Positions 9,042 through 19,697 are shown, counted from the stretch's first letter. The stretch is 64,000 bases of DNA from Candidatus Latescibacterota bacterium (GCA_965242865.1 CBDETK010000013.1:1536001-1600000); one strand, 5' to 3'. Numbers and translations: made by a program. The notes: a model not told the origin generated them from the letters alone.

Positions 9042-11563
9042 CCGAGCGAGCGCAGGACTTCGAGCGGTGGGCTGGTGTGGACGCCGCGGCTGGACAGCAT
9101 GCCGACAGCGACGGTCAGCAGGCTGACCGCGGCAAAGGCGAGGACCACGGGCAGGTAGTTGGGCGCGAAGCCGATTTCAAAGAGATAGCGGCTCAAGGCC
9201 CAGACGCCCCCCAGCGACAAAATCGCGCCCGCCGTGGCCGCAAAGGCCCCCAAAAACAGATATTCGAGGGCCATGATCGCGACCACTTGGCGGCGACTGG
9301 CCCCCAAGGTTTTGAGCAATACGCTTTCCTCGAGGCGTTGGTAGCGGCTGCTGGCGATTACGCCGACGAGCACGATGAGGCCCACAGAGACGCTGAAGAA
9401 GGCCATAAAGCGGACCACCAGCGAGACCTTGGCGAGGATGGTATCGACCGTGCTGAGGATGCTGCCGAGATCGATCACCGAAACATTGGGGAACTGGCGC
9501 ACGGTGGCTCGCTGCAAAGCGGCCATTTGCTCGGTTGTGGCCGCGCGCGTGACGAGAACGTGGGACTGGGGCGCGGGCTCGAGGATGCCGTCGGGGAACA
9601 CCACCAAAAAGTTGGGCATGATCCGCTGCCAGTTGACGCGGCGCAGACTGCCGACGACCACTTCGATTGGGACCCCTTGGACGTCAAAGGTCAGGGAATC
9701 GCCCACGCCCACGCCCAACGAGGAAGCCACGCCCGTTTCCAAGGAAACGTACAGGGTATCGCCAGCGGGTTGCCGGTGCCAGCGGCCGGCGACGATATCT
9801 TCGGTCTCGGTGAGAAAATCGCGATAGGTCGCACGGTACTCGTGCCGCAAGGCCCAGTTGCCGCGGCGGTGGCTCGCGGTGGTATCGCGGCGCATGGCGC
9901 GGGCAGGTTGGCCCTTGACGCTGTGGATGTGCATGGTGACGATGGGCATTTGCTGCAACAGCGGCAGGTCCATCTCGGCGACGAGGGCGTTTAGCGCGGG
10001 GCACTGGTCGGTTTGGATGTCGAAGAGCACGACGTTGGGATTTTGGTCGGAGCCGACGCTTTTGATGTGGGACAGCAGGCTGGTCTGGGTCAGGAAGAGG
10101 GTGCTGATCAGGAAGGTCCCTAGCCCGAGGCCCAACATCAGCAGCGCGGTCTGATTGTTGGGTCGGTAGAGGTTGGCCAGCCCCTGCCGCCAGATATAGC
10201 TCCAAGAGGCGGGCAAAAACCGCCGAGTGCCGTAGATGATGGCGCGGGCCGTGAGGACCAACAGCGCAAACGCGGCTCCAACCCCGCCGACAAAGCCCAG
10301 CGCCAGCGGCCAGTGGCTGGTGAGGCGGTAGGCAAAGAGCGCGGCAGTCAGGACGATCCCCCCGTACAAAGCCCAGCGCAGCAGGCGGCTGTCGGCCGGT
10401 TGGGCCTCTTCAAAGGAGGCGCGCAGGGTCAAAAGCGGCGAGGTCTTGCCGAGGACCAGCAGCGGCCGAGCGGCAAACAGCAGAGAAAGGCCGACGCCGA
10501 GGCCGACCCCCTCCAAGACCGCGAGGAAATCAAAGCGCGGCTCCACCTCTAGGGGCAGCACATCGGCGAGGATGTTGGGGAGCAGGTAGAGGACTCCAAC
10601 GCCGAGCAGCGCACCGGCGAGCGCGCCGACCAAGCCCATGCCCCCGGCTTGGAGTAGGTAGATCGCGACGGTCTGACGGGCCGTGGCGCCGAGACTGCGG
10701 AGCACGGCGACGGTGGGCAGTTTCTGCTTGGTATAGGTGTGGATGGCACTGGCCACGCCCACGCCGCCGAGCAGGAGGGCGATGAAGCTGCCGAGATTTA
10801 GGAAGCGGTAGAGGTTGTTGAGGGTGCGGCCGAGGCGGGCCTTGCGGTCGGCAATGGTTTCGAGCCGGAGGCGGTTGGCGCGCGCCTGCGGACGGATGGA
10901 TTTGGCGAGTGCTTGGACATCCCGCTCGGCAAAGCGGAAGAAGGCCGAGTAGGTGACCCGGCTGCCCCTTTGAATTAGGCCGGTGCGGTCGAGGTAGGAC
11001 ATGGAGATATAGACGCGAGGCTGGATGTCGCTGAACAGGGCGTTCTCCCCGGGGATGCGCAAGAGCCGCCCGCCGATGCGAAAGACCGTGTTGCCGACCT
11101 TGATCGTGTCGCCGATCGCCGCTCCAAACTGCAGCATGAGTGCCTCGTCAACGAGGGCTTGGGGCTGGGTGCGGAAGCGGTGCGCGGCCTCGGCCGGGGC
11201 CGTTTTTAGCTCGCCGTAAAAGGGAAACGGGCCGGTAAGGGCGCGGATCTGCGCGAGGCGAGTCCCCTCGCTCTTGGGCAGGTAAATCATGGAGTTGAAG
11301 GCAACTTGGCGCGCCTGAATTCCGCCGAGCGAATCGATGAGGGCTTCGGCGGCCGGCGCGAAGGGCTGGCGGCTCACCAGCGCCAGATCGGCCCCTAAGA
11401 GCGCGGCCGCTTGTTCGTCCATCGCGCCCTGCAGCGCAGAGCTGAGGCTGGTCAGGCCGACGAATGCACCAATGCCGATGGCGATTGAACCCGTAAAAAG
11501 CAGCAGTTTGCGGCGGTGGCTGCGGCTGTCGCGCCAAGCCATTTTGCCGAGCCAGCCCATCAT
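9038..11563 (-). CDS. YbbP-like FtsX-family ABC permease
   Basis: MAWRDSR, LLGADL, two FtsX-type halves (VLRSLGA, LLKTLGASRRQV). Confidence 0.9.
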   Translation of the reverse strand: MMGWLGKMAWRDSRSHRRKLLLFTGSIAIGIGAFVGLTSLSSALQGAMDEQAAALLGADLALVSRQPFAPAAEALIDSLGGIQARQVAFNSMIYLPKSEGTRLAQIRALTGPFPFYGELKTAPAEAAHRFRTQPQALVDEALMLQFGAAIGDTIKVGNTVFRIGGRLLRIPGENALFSDIQPRVYISMSYLDRTGLIQRGSRVTYSAFFRFAERDVQALAKSIRPQARANRLRLETIADRKARLGRTLNNLYRFLNLGSFIALLLGGVGVASAIHTYTKQKLPTVAVLRSLGATARQTVAIYLLQAGGMGLVGALAGALLGVGVLYLLPNILADVLPLEVEPRFDFLAVLEGVGLGVGLSLLFAARPLLVLGKTSPLLTLRASFEEAQPADSRLLRWALYGGIVLTAALFAYRLTSHWPLALGFVGGVGAAFALLVLTARAIIYGTRRFLPASWSYIWRQGLANLYRPNNQTALLMLGLGLGTFLISTLFLTQTSLLSHIKSVGSDQNPNVVLFDIQTDQCPALNALVAEMDLPLLQQMPIVTMHIHSVKGQPARAMRRDTTASHRRGNWALRHEYRATYRDFLTETEDIVAGRWHRQPAGDTLYVSLETGVASSLGVGVGDSLTFDVQGVPIEVVVGSLRRVNWQRIMPNFLVVFPDGILEPAPQSHVLVTRAATTEQMAALQRATVRQFPNVSVIDLGSILSTVDTILAKVSLVVRFMAFFSVSVGLIVLVGVIASSRYQRLEESVLLKTLGASRRQVVAIMALEYLFLGAFAATAGAILSLGGVWALSRYLFEIGFAPNYLPVVLAFAAVSLLTVAVGMLSSRGVHTSPPLEVLRSLG

Positions 11564-12249
11564 GGGACCGGCCGGTCGTCGGCCACCCGGCCGCCTTGGA
11601 GGCGGATGATCCGCTGGGTGAGGCGGGCCAGCGTCAGATCGTGGGTGACCAAAATTAGGGTGGCCCCGGACTCCTCGTTGAGGCTGAAGAGCAGGTCGCG
11701 CACTTTGCCGCTGGTGCCGTCGTCGAGGTTGCCGGTCGGCTCGTCGGCAAACAGCAGCGCCGGGCGGTTGATAAAGGCCCGGGCGAGGGCCACGCGCTGT
11801 TGCTCGCCCCCTGAAAGCTGCGCCGGATAGTGGTGTAGGCGGTCGCCTAAGCCGACGCGGTCGAGGAGGTCAACGGCGCGGGCGCGGGCGGTTGGCTCGC
11901 GGCGCAATTCGAGCGGCACCATGGCGTTTTCGAGGGCGCTGAGGGTGGTGATGAGCTGGAAGTTTTGAAAGACGAAGCCGACTTTTTCGCTGCGGAGGTG
12001 GGCGCGTTGGTCCTCGTCGAGCCGGCCCAAATCCACGCCATTGAGCGCGACCGAGCCGGCGCTGGCGCGGTCCAGCCCGGCGCACAAGCCCAACAGGGTG
12101 GTTTTGCCGCTGCCCGAAGGGCCGACGACCGCGCAGGTGGCGCCGGCCGCAAGGGCGAAGCTCACATCGTGGAGGACCGTCAGGGCGGTGGCCCCGCGGC
12201 CGTAGGTTTTGCTCAGGTGCTGTACGTTTAGGGCTAGGGAGTCGCCCAT
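11560..12249 (-). CDS. YbbA-like ABC transporter ATP-binding protein
   Basis: GPSGSGKTT, LSGGEQQRV, LFADEPTGNLD. Confidence 0.93.
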   Translation of the reverse strand: MGDSLALNVQHLSKTYGRGATALTVLHDVSFALAAGATCAVVGPSGSGKTTLLGLCAGLDRASAGSVALNGVDLGRLDEDQRAHLRSEKVGFVFQNFQLITTLSALENAMVPLELRREPTARARAVDLLDRVGLGDRLHHYPAQLSGGEQQRVALARAFINRPALLFADEPTGNLDDGTSGKVRDLLFSLNEESGATLILVTHDLTLARLTQRIIRLQGGRVADDRPVP

Positions 12250-13145
12250 GAAGTCTCCTCTGCGGGCTGGCGGTTTAGGATGCGTAGCAGGCGGTCGGGA
12301 TAGTCGGTGATTAGGCCATCGACGCCTAGGGCTAGGTAGTGCTGCATGGCGTCGGGATCGTTGACGGTCCAGACGTGGACTTGGACGTTGTGGGCGTGGG
12401 CGCGGGCGACAAAGCGCCGGTCTATCAGGTCGATCGCGCCCAAGCGGGCCGGGAACTGAAAGGCTTGGCTGGTGGGGTGGTAGGCCGCGTCGAGCCGCAA
12501 CCAGTGGAGCAAGACAAAGGACAATCCGGCGGATGAAGCCGCCGAGGTCGCCACTTGGGGGCAGGCTTGGCGCAAGCGGGCTAAGGGGCGGTTGTGGAAC
12601 GAAGCGGCGATGACGCGCTCGCTTAACCCAAAGCGCTGAATCGCCCGGCAGAAATCATGCGCCAACGCGGCCGAGTCCTCCTTGATTTCGATGAGAAAGC
12701 GCATGGTGGGAAAGGCCGTAAATACCTCGTCTAAGGTGGGGATGGCAATTCCTTGGCCGCGCTGGGGAAAGGTTTGACCGTCTGGACTGAAGTGGTAGCC
12801 GGCGTCTAGCTGCTTCAATTGGGCTAGGCGCAAGCTGTCGGCTGGGCCGTGGCCGTTGGTCGTGCGATCGACGCGCCGGTCGTGCAAGACGATGGGCACG
12901 CCGTCGCTGCTTTGGCGCAAGTCCATTTCTAGCACATCGACTCCCAACGCGGCCGAGTGGGCAAAGGCCGCCAAGGTGTTTTCTGGGGCCAGCCCCTTGC
13001 CGCCGCGGTGGGCAATGACCAAAACGCCGCTTGAGTCAAAGTAGGGATGCGGTGCCACCGGGTGCGATGTCAGGGCGAAGGCCCCGTACAACACCGGCAC
13101 TAGCAGCAACGAGGCGATCGCGGCCCGCTTGAGGTATAGACGCAT
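12234..13145 (-). CDS. Glycerophosphodiester phosphodiesterase, membrane-anchored
   Basis: IAHRGG..APENTL, LEMDL, LHD..VDRTTNG, VWTVND, GLITDYP. Confidence 0.92.
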   Translation of the reverse strand: MRLYLKRAAIASLLLVPVLYGAFALTSHPVAPHPYFDSSGVLVIAHRGGKGLAPENTLAAFAHSAALGVDVLEMDLRQSSDGVPIVLHDRRVDRTTNGHGPADSLRLAQLKQLDAGYHFSPDGQTFPQRGQGIAIPTLDEVFTAFPTMRFLIEIKEDSAALAHDFCRAIQRFGLSERVIAASFHNRPLARLRQACPQVATSAASSAGLSFVLLHWLRLDAAYHPTSQAFQFPARLGAIDLIDRRFVARAHAHNVQVHVWTVNDPDAMQHYLALGVDGLITDYPDRLLRILNRQPAEETSWATP

Positions 13146-13259
13146 GGATTATGCAGAAGTTCTATCGGGAAAGTAAGGCGAGAAGATACCTAGCGGGTCG
13201 ATTCGGGCAAGTTTTGAGCCGCTCGGTTCTTTTATATGTTAGCCGCTGGTTAGGCCATG

Positions 13260-13946
13260 CTAGCCCGATTCGCTGCGCGTGCAGACGTAATCGAAGACAA
13301 CCACCGCTACATGGGCGCAAACGGCCGTCACCGCGTTCCAGTCGTGCCACCGGGCGGCGAGGTTTTTGTATTCGGAAAGTTCGGTGACTTCTAAGTCGTA
13401 GGGCAGGGGACTGGCAAGTTGCACCTGTAATTGTTGCAGGGCGGACTCCCCATTGGCTTGGTGGTACAACCTGTCGAAAGGTCGCAGGGCTTCGGCCGCG
13501 GCTTGGTCGCCCATGCGGTGGGCGAGCGCAGCAAAGTCGAGATAGTCGCGCGTTGCATTGCGCTTGAGGATCAGCACTCCTTTAATGCGGAGGATTTCCG
13601 CCGAGGTTGGAATGGTCAGGGTCGCGTCCCGATGTTGGATCGTCGTCGTTTCCAACGGCTCGTTGCGGATCAGTTGACGCACCCCGGTCTCGATGCCGTC
13701 GAGGCGGCCGAGGATTTGGACCGGGCGCGTCACGCGTGCTGTTCGCCAGCCAGCCGCTGATTCTAATTGGGCGAGGATCGCGTCGAACTGGCGACGCAGG
13801 TCGGGCACCACGTGGTCTGCGTCTTGGGAAAGGCGATGCTCCGCATGAATGGCCACCAGCACCGCTTCGGGCAGGAGCTGTTGGAGGCGGCACGCGGCCG
13901 ACAGCACGAGATCCCAGTCAGGAAGCGGTGCGGTGTTTTTTGACAT
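13260..13946 (-). CDS. AbiEii-like nucleotidyltransferase, possibly inactivated
   Basis: HRLSQDADH and RNATRDYLDF motifs; the usual GGT(A/S) block before A.H..HR is missing. Confidence 0.65.
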   Translation of the reverse strand: MSKNTAPLPDWDLVLSAACRLQQLLPEAVLVAIHAEHRLSQDADHVVPDLRRQFDAILAQLESAAGWRTARVTRPVQILGRLDGIETGVRQLIRNEPLETTTIQHRDATLTIPTSAEILRIKGVLILKRNATRDYLDFAALAHRMGDQAAAEALRPFDRLYHQANGESALQQLQVQLASPLPYDLEVTELSEYKNLAARWHDWNAVTAVCAHVAVVVFDYVCTRSESG

Positions 13947-14142
13947 AGTGTAGCCAAAAGCGATGACGCTGAGCGTGCGGGGCGGCGCAATGGGCGCAGA
14001 CGCGCTCGATTTTGTCGAGCAGGGTTTGGTCGTCGAGAGCCGCCCGGCGCAGTTCGGCCCAATCGCGCCAGCCGCCTCGACGGATCACGTCGTCTATGGC
14101 GGCCAGCGTAAAGCGTTGATGGTTCAAGTGGCGGTGCTGCAC
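13918..14142 (-). CDS. Small putative antitoxin coupled to the nucleotidyltransferase
   Basis: GAGGAG RBS then GTG; HRHL...TLAAIDDVIRRG...DWAELR; overlaps the downstream gene start. Confidence 0.65.
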   Translation of the reverse strand: MQHRHLNHQRFTLAAIDDVIRRGGWRDWAELRRAALDDQTLLDKIERVCAHCAAPHAQRHRFWLHYVKKHRTAS

Positions 14143-14243
14143 GGCTTGCTCCTCGTTGCCGGGTTGGCGAAAAAATAAAATAAACAGCGGCCCAAGACGG
14201 GTAAATTCCCCGTGCTGCCCGTTGCGCGAAGAAAGAGGATGGG

Positions 14244-15137
14244 ATGACATGTTTATCACAGTTCGACGCGAGGAGGTCTGAGGTGGGGGCGGTGGCAGTT
14301 CTTGGCTCGGCGACGATAGACTGCGTGGTCCAAGGCGGAGCGGAGACGTACAAACGCGGGGGCGTGGTCGCGTATGCTGGGCTGACTTTTGCCGAGTTGG
14401 GCCTAAAGACGCAGGTGCTGACCAATGTTGCGGCGGCCGATCGGGCGATGCTGGCGGTGTTGCAACAACGGGGTATTGCAGTCTATGTGGGCGACAGCGC
14501 GGCGACGACCCGGTTTGTCAACTACGTCGATGGCGACGCACGGCGTCAGGAGTTGCTCGCTTGCGCCGCGCCGATTGCCGCTGCCCAACTCAAGCCAGTG
14601 CTCGCCGACGTGGAGCACGTGCATTTGGGGCCGCTGCATCCCCACGATCTGGCCGAGGAGGTGCTGGCGGCAATCGGCACTCGCTTGCAGGTGAGCTTAG
14701 ATCTTCAAGGCTATGTGCGGCGGATTGAGGGGACGCAGGTGCATCAGGGGGTTGCTAAAAGTTTGTACGCCGCCCTGCAATGCGCGGACTATGTCAAAGC
14801 GGACCGCGACGAATTAGAGCTCGTGCTCGCGGACTGCGGCCTGACGCTGGACCAGTTGATGTGCGCTTGTTCGGTGGCCGAGTGGGTCGTCACCGAAGGT
14901 TCGCACGGCGGCTGGGTCGCCAGTCGGCCGGGGCTGCGGACGCAGTTTACATCGGTGCCGGTAGCGACGGTCGCCGACCCTACCGGCGCTGGGGACGTGT
15001 TTTTCGCCGCGTATATAGCGCATCGCCTGCACCGAGGATCGGGGATTGCCGCGGCCGCTCAGCGCGCTGCGGCATTGGCGGCGCACCACGTGGAGGGCGG
15101 TTTTATCGACGCGGCGACGTTGCGCTTGGAGGCGTGA
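14244..15137 (+). CDS. PfkB family carbohydrate kinase
   Basis: GGVVAY N-terminal motif, VTEGSHG, DPTGAGDVFFAAY signature. Confidence 0.9.
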   Translation: MTCLSQFDARRSEVGAVAVLGSATIDCVVQGGAETYKRGGVVAYAGLTFAELGLKTQVLTNVAAADRAMLAVLQQRGIAVYVGDSAATTRFVNYVDGDARRQELLACAAPIAAAQLKPVLADVEHVHLGPLHPHDLAEEVLAAIGTRLQVSLDLQGYVRRIEGTQVHQGVAKSLYAALQCADYVKADRDELELVLADCGLTLDQLMCACSVAEWVVTEGSHGGWVASRPGLRTQFTSVPVATVADPTGAGDVFFAAYIAHRLHRGSGIAAAAQRAAALAAHHVEGGFIDAATLRLEA

Positions 15138-15168
15138 GATTTGAAACGCTGCTGGAGCTATGAAGGGT

Positions 15169-16017
15169 TCAGCACTCGGCGCCGTGGATTTCGCCTCCGA
15201 AGTGCTGCATGCGCTCCTCGGTGTCGATTTGGCCGGCGCGGGCGGGTCGGTAGTGGAACTGTAGGGCGCGGCGCATTTTTTGCGAGGGGTTGGTCGGGCT
15301 GCCGTGGTGGGTCATGCCGTGCCAGAGCAGGCACCCGCCCGGAGCGAGGGGCACGACGACGTCGCGCTCGGTCTGGACATCGGCGTCGCAGATCTGCCAA
15401 TCGCGGCGTTTGAAGTGATGGACCGGCCCCTCGCGGTGCGTGCCGGGCAGGATGTGCAGGCAGCCGTTGTCCGAGCTCGCGTGGTCTAAGGCGATCCAGA
15501 CGCCGATGATGGGGGTGCCCAGCGGATAGTTGAAGTACGCGCAGTCTTGGTGCCAAGGCTTTTCGCGGCCCTTAGGCGGCTTAAGCAAGGCCATCTCTTG
15601 AAAGAGAACCGGCGCGTCGCCCATCAGGCGAGTGAGGACATCCAAGAGCGCTGGAGCGGCGGCCAGCGGCTGAAAGCGCTCGTCCCACTCGACGAACTTC
15701 ATGAGCTTGCGCACGGCCCTGCGCCGCGCCGCACCCGTTAGCTTTTGGCCCTGCGCCGCGGCTTCGAGTTGGACGCCGCGAAATTCGGGCTGTTTTCCGT
15801 CGATCAGGTCGTACACTGCGTCGCCCGCGGCCGCGACTTGGGCCGGAGAAAACGCCTCGGCTATGGCTAGGTAGCCCTGCTGGTGGAAGAAAGCGAGCTG
15901 CTCGGGGCCGATGTCGGCAAAGCGGGCGACCTGCTCGGCCTCGGTGCCGTAGCGGTACAGGTCGGAGGCGTAGTCGGCGCGGACGCCGTCGTCAATGATC
16001 GGTTGAGGGCTGGTCAT
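15169..16017 (-). CDS. Phytanoyl-CoA dioxygenase (PhyH) family protein
   Basis: KPWHQD, WIALD, NGCLHILPGTH, HGSPTN..R. Confidence 0.92.
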   Translation of the reverse strand: MTSPQPIIDDGVRADYASDLYRYGTEAEQVARFADIGPEQLAFFHQQGYLAIAEAFSPAQVAAAGDAVYDLIDGKQPEFRGVQLEAAAQGQKLTGAARRRAVRKLMKFVEWDERFQPLAAAPALLDVLTRLMGDAPVLFQEMALLKPPKGREKPWHQDCAYFNYPLGTPIIGVWIALDHASSDNGCLHILPGTHREGPVHHFKRRDWQICDADVQTERDVVVPLAPGGCLLWHGMTHHGSPTNPSQKMRRALQFHYRPARAGQIDTEERMQHFGGEIHGAEC

Positions 16018-16066
16018 GGTCGGGCTCCGGGCGGGTTGGCTTGGAGGGATCGAATAGCGAGTGGTG

Positions 16067-16294
16067 CTAGGGGTCGGACTCGTCGCCCTCCGGTCTCCGG
16101 TCCCGAACCAAGATCGCCATGGGAATCAACACGCAGTAGCCGACGACTAGGAGTACTGGCGCCAGGGTGAGGGAGAAGAAGCCCTCGGCCGGCGGGATGC
16201 GCAAAAACACATACCCGAGCAAAATCGCGGCTAAGCCGGCGATGGCCAAGGACCAGTTTTTGCGGGTAAAGGGCAAGTCGCGGCGTGGGGCCAT
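16067..16294 (-). CDS. Small membrane protein (DUF3098-like)
   Basis: LPFTRKNW, two TM helices, SLTLAPVLLVVGY. Confidence 0.7.
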   Translation of the reverse strand: MAPRRDLPFTRKNWSLAIAGLAAILLGYVFLRIPPAEGFFSLTLAPVLLVVGYCVLIPMAILVRDRRPEGDESDP

Positions 16295-16296
16295 GC

Positions 16297-16650
16297 TCAG
16301 TGCGTCCGCTTGACGGGGATGCGGGCGGCGCGCCCTTTGCGACCGCGCAGGTAAAAGAGGCGGGCGCGGCGCACCCGGCCCTCGCGCGTCCGCTCGATCT
16401 GGGTGACGCGAGGCGAGTGCAGGGGAAAGATGCGCTCGATGGCAATGCCCTGAGATATTTTGCGCACGGTAAAGGTCTCTTGGATGCCGCTGCCTTTGCG
16501 CTGGATGACGGTCCCTTCAAAAATCTGGGTGCGCTCCTTGTCGCCCTCGATCACCCGCACGTGTATCCGCACGGTGTCGCCCGCGCCGAATTCGGGAAGA
16601 TCGGTTTTGAGCTGGTCTGCGGTTAGTTCGCGCAGGATGCTTGCGTCCAT
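16297..16650 (-). CDS. rplS: 50S ribosomal protein L19
   Basis: [44 protein letters not shown]; follows trmD. Confidence 0.98.
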   Translation of the reverse strand: MDASILRELTADQLKTDLPEFGAGDTVRIHVRVIEGDKERTQIFEGTVIQRKGSGIQETFTVRKISQGIAIERIFPLHSPRVTQIERTREGRVRRARLFYLRGRKGRAARIPVKRTH

Positions 16651-16666
16651 TGTATCACCTCGTCTG

Positions 16667-17407
16667 TTACGGGGCCTTTTCCAGCCCTTGCTCCTGCCAA
16701 ATGGCGATGAGTTGTCGTTCGTCGTCGTCGAGTTCGAGCTGTTGCAGCAAGTCGGGCCGGCGCACAAACGTGCGCTGCAGGGCTTGGCGTCGCCGCCAGT
16801 GGGCTATGTGGGCGTGATCGCCCGAAAGCAGCGCCGCGGGGACGCGCTGGCCGCGAAATTCAACCGGCCGAGTGTACCAAGGGCAATCGAGTACGACCTC
16901 TTGGAACGAGTCGTCCAAGGCCGAAGAAAAATTGCCCAAGACGTTGGGGATGAGCCGGACCACCGCGTCGATGAGGACGAGGGCGGCCGGCTCGCCGCCG
17001 GTGAGCACGTAGTCGCCGATTGAGATTTCTCGGTCGATAAGCCCGGTGCGGATCCGCTCATCGACGCCTTTGTAATGCCCGCACAATAGCACCAACCGCT
17101 CCTCGAGCGCCAGCTCGACGGCGAGGGCTTGGTTGAGCGGCTGGCCGTCGGCCGTTAGAAAGATGCAGTGACCGGCCGCTAAACCCCGCTCCTGCCAAAG
17201 CTGGTACACGGGCTCGGGCTTGAGGACCATGCCGCCGCCGCCGCCGTACGGGGCGTCATCCACGGTGCGATGTTTGTCGGTCGCGCAATCGCGCGGATTG
17301 TGGGTCTCAACGGCCAGTAGGCCCCGGGCCACGGCGCGCGCCATCATGCTGGTCGCCAACGGCGAGGCGAAAAAATCTGGAAAGAGCGTTACAATGTCTA
17401 TTTTCAT
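16667..17407 (-). CDS. trmD: tRNA (guanine37-N1)-methyltransferase
   Basis: [36 protein letters not shown]. Confidence 0.98.
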   Translation of the reverse strand: MKIDIVTLFPDFFASPLATSMMARAVARGLLAVETHNPRDCATDKHRTVDDAPYGGGGGMVLKPEPVYQLWQERGLAAGHCIFLTADGQPLNQALAVELALEERLVLLCGHYKGVDERIRTGLIDREISIGDYVLTGGEPAALVLIDAVVRLIPNVLGNFSSALDDSFQEVVLDCPWYTRPVEFRGQRVPAALLSGDHAHIAHWRRRQALQRTFVRRPDLLQQLELDDDERQLIAIWQEQGLEKAP

Positions 17408-17907
17408 GGCTCAAACAGCGCTTCAACGCCCTGCACGACGACCCGACCCGGGGCGATTTCCACGACAAAGTCGCCAACGGCCGGCACCAGGGCTTCGCCT
17501 TTGCCGCCGCGGACCACGTAAGCGTCTGTCGTCGGCATGGATACGACCTCAACGACGCGGCCCAACGATTGCCCCGCCAAATTGACGACCGTGCAATCCA
17601 CTATATCGTCGATGTAGTGCGTGCCTTCCGGCAGGAGATCGCGCTGGTCCGGGGCAATGGTAACATAGCCCCCGACCAAGATGGAACGCGCCGGTTCGGG
17701 GGCGTCAATGCCCGCGAATTTGAGCAACAAGCTCTTGGCATCGGTGCGCCAGCGCTCCAGTTCGAGCGGCCGGTCGGGGCGGTTCGCTCCTTGGAGGACG
17801 ACCTCCCGTAGGTCGCTGAAGCGCTCGACACGGTGTGTCAGCGCCTCGGCCCGGACTTCGCCGCGCACTCCCCACGCACGGGAGATATAGGCTACGGCGA
17901 CGCGCAT
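17404..17907 (-). CDS. rimM: 16S rRNA processing protein RimM (start approximate)
   Basis: AWGVRGEV, HYIDDIVDC, LVPAV; between rpsP and trmD. Confidence 0.92.
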   Translation of the reverse strand: MRVAVAYISRAWGVRGEVRAEALTHRVERFSDLREVVLQGANRPDRPLELERWRTDAKSLLLKFAGIDAPEPARSILVGGYVTIAPDQRDLLPEGTHYIDDIVDCTVVNLAGQSLGRVVEVVSMPTTDAYVVRGGKGEALVPAVGDFVVEIAPGRVVVQGVEALFEP

Positions 17908-17918
17908 GCGGTGGTGCC

Positions 17919-18269
17919 CTAGGCCTCTTGCTCGGCGGGTTCGCTGGGTGCCGTGGCTGCTTGCTTGCGTCGGCGCTTGGGTTTGTCGCGGGTGAGGGCG
18001 TCGTCGCGCACCCGGGCCTCCCCGCCCTTCCAGCGGGCCAAGATCCCTTGGCTGTGGAAGAGGTCGGCGACGGTCTCGGTCATCTGCGCGCCTTTGTTGA
18101 GCCACTCTATGGCGCGCTCTTCGTCGATTGTGACCTTCGCATTCATGGGGTCGTACAGGCCCACCTTTGCGAGGGCGCGGCCATTGCGGGCGACGCTGAC
18201 GTGGGCCGCGACGATCCGGTAGTAGGGCTGTTTGCGTTTGCCGATTCTTTTGAGGCGAAGTTTGACCAA
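17919..18269 (-). CDS. rpsP: 30S ribosomal protein S16
   Basis: VKLRLKRIGKRKQPYYRIVAA, WLNKGAQMTETV; AAGGAG RBS before TTG start. Confidence 0.97.
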   Translation of the reverse strand: MVKLRLKRIGKRKQPYYRIVAAHVSVARNGRALAKVGLYDPMNAKVTIDEERAIEWLNKGAQMTETVADLFHSQGILARWKGGEARVRDDALTRDKPKRRRKQAATAPSEPAEQEA

Positions 18270-18288
18270 TGCTATTCTCCTTGGATGC

Positions 18289-19617
18289 CTAGCCCACAAG
18301 GGGCATTCTCATTTTTGCGCGGCCGCCTTTGGTGCGGCCCATCTGTCGGATCACTTTCTGCATCATCTGAAATTGCTTGACTAGCTGATTCACGTCTTGG
18401 ACCGTCGTGCCGCTGCCGCGGGCGATGCGCTTGCGGCGGCTGCCGTTGAGAATTTTGGGTTGGACGCGCTCTTGGCGGGTCATGGAGTTGATGATGGCCT
18501 CGACTTGGGCGAACGCGCTTTCGTCGAGCTGCATGCCCTTGGCGGCCTTGCCGACTCCGGGAATCATGCCCATGAGCTGGTCGAGAGGCCCCATGCGGCG
18601 GACGGCGTGGAGCTGGGTGAGAAAATCCTCAAACGTAAAAGAGGCCCGGCGGAGCTTTTCTTCTAGCTGCTTGGCCTTGTCGCGCTCCATGGACTGCTCG
18701 GCTCTTTCCACGAGCGAGACAATGTCGCCCATGCCGAGGATGCGCGAGGCCATGCGGTCCGGGTGAAACGACTCTAAGTCTTCGATCTTCTCGCCGATGC
18801 CGACGAACTTGATCGGCTGGCCGGTGACGGCGCGGATGGACAGCGCGGCGCCCCCGCGAGCGTCGCTGTCGAGCTTGGTCAGGACGCAGCCGGTAACCGC
18901 GAGGCGCTGATTGAAGCGGGCGGCGGTTTCTACGGCGTCTTGGCCCTGCATGCTGTCGGCGACAAAGAGGATCTCGTGCGGCTCGACGGCCTGCTGGATG
19001 CGGGCTAGTTCGTCCATCATGGTCTCGTCGATGCTCAGGCGGCCGGCCGTGTCTATGAGCGCGATGCTGCGGTGGGTCTGGCGAGCTTGGTCGATGCCGC
19101 GGCGGCAGATGGCGACCGGATCGGTGCCCGCGGGCTGGCTAAAGACGGGCACGTCAATGGAAGCCCCCAGCGATTGAAGCTGGGCGACAGCGGCTGGGCG
19201 ATACACGTCGGCCGCGATCAACAGCGGGGGCCGGCCTCTTTCCTTGAACTGGCGAGCTAGCTTGGCGGCCATGGTCGTCTTGCCGCAGCCCTGCAGGCCG
19301 ACGAGCATGACGACGGTGGGCGGATGGGCGGCGAGGTTGGGCGGGCTGTGGCTGCCGCCGAGCAGGGCGATGAGCTCGCGGTGGACGATTTTGACGAGCT
19401 GCTGGCCCGGGGTCAGGCTCTTGAGGACGTTTTGGCCGAGGGCCTGCTCTTTGACCCGCTGAATAAAGTCCTTGGCGACCTTGAAGTTGACATCGGCTTC
19501 GAGCAGGGAGCGGCGAATCTGGCGCAGCGTATCGTCGATGTTGCGCTCGGTGATGCGCCCCTGCCCGCGAAGCGAGCGGAAGAGGTCGTCAAAGCGTTCG
19601 CTGAGTCGGTCAAACAT
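18289..19617 (-). CDS. ffh: Signal recognition particle protein
   Basis: LLEADVN, GLQGCGKTT, DTAGR, TKLDSDARGG, SRRKRIARGSG. Confidence 0.98.
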   Translation of the reverse strand: MFDRLSERFDDLFRSLRGQGRITERNIDDTLRQIRRSLLEADVNFKVAKDFIQRVKEQALGQNVLKSLTPGQQLVKIVHRELIALLGGSHSPPNLAAHPPTVVMLVGLQGCGKTTMAAKLARQFKERGRPPLLIAADVYRPAAVAQLQSLGASIDVPVFSQPAGTDPVAICRRGIDQARQTHRSIALIDTAGRLSIDETMMDELARIQQAVEPHEILFVADSMQGQDAVETAARFNQRLAVTGCVLTKLDSDARGGAALSIRAVTGQPIKFVGIGEKIEDLESFHPDRMASRILGMGDIVSLVERAEQSMERDKAKQLEEKLRRASFTFEDFLTQLHAVRRMGPLDQLMGMIPGVGKAAKGMQLDESAFAQVEAIINSMTRQERVQPKILNGSRRKRIARGSGTTVQDVNQLVKQFQMMQKVIRQMGRTKGGRAKMRMPLVG

Positions 19618-19697
19618 GGGCCGATGCGTCGAGTGGTAGAATGCGACAAAAAGGTTGGAATATAGGCCAATATTATAGATATAGCAACAGAAGTGGG

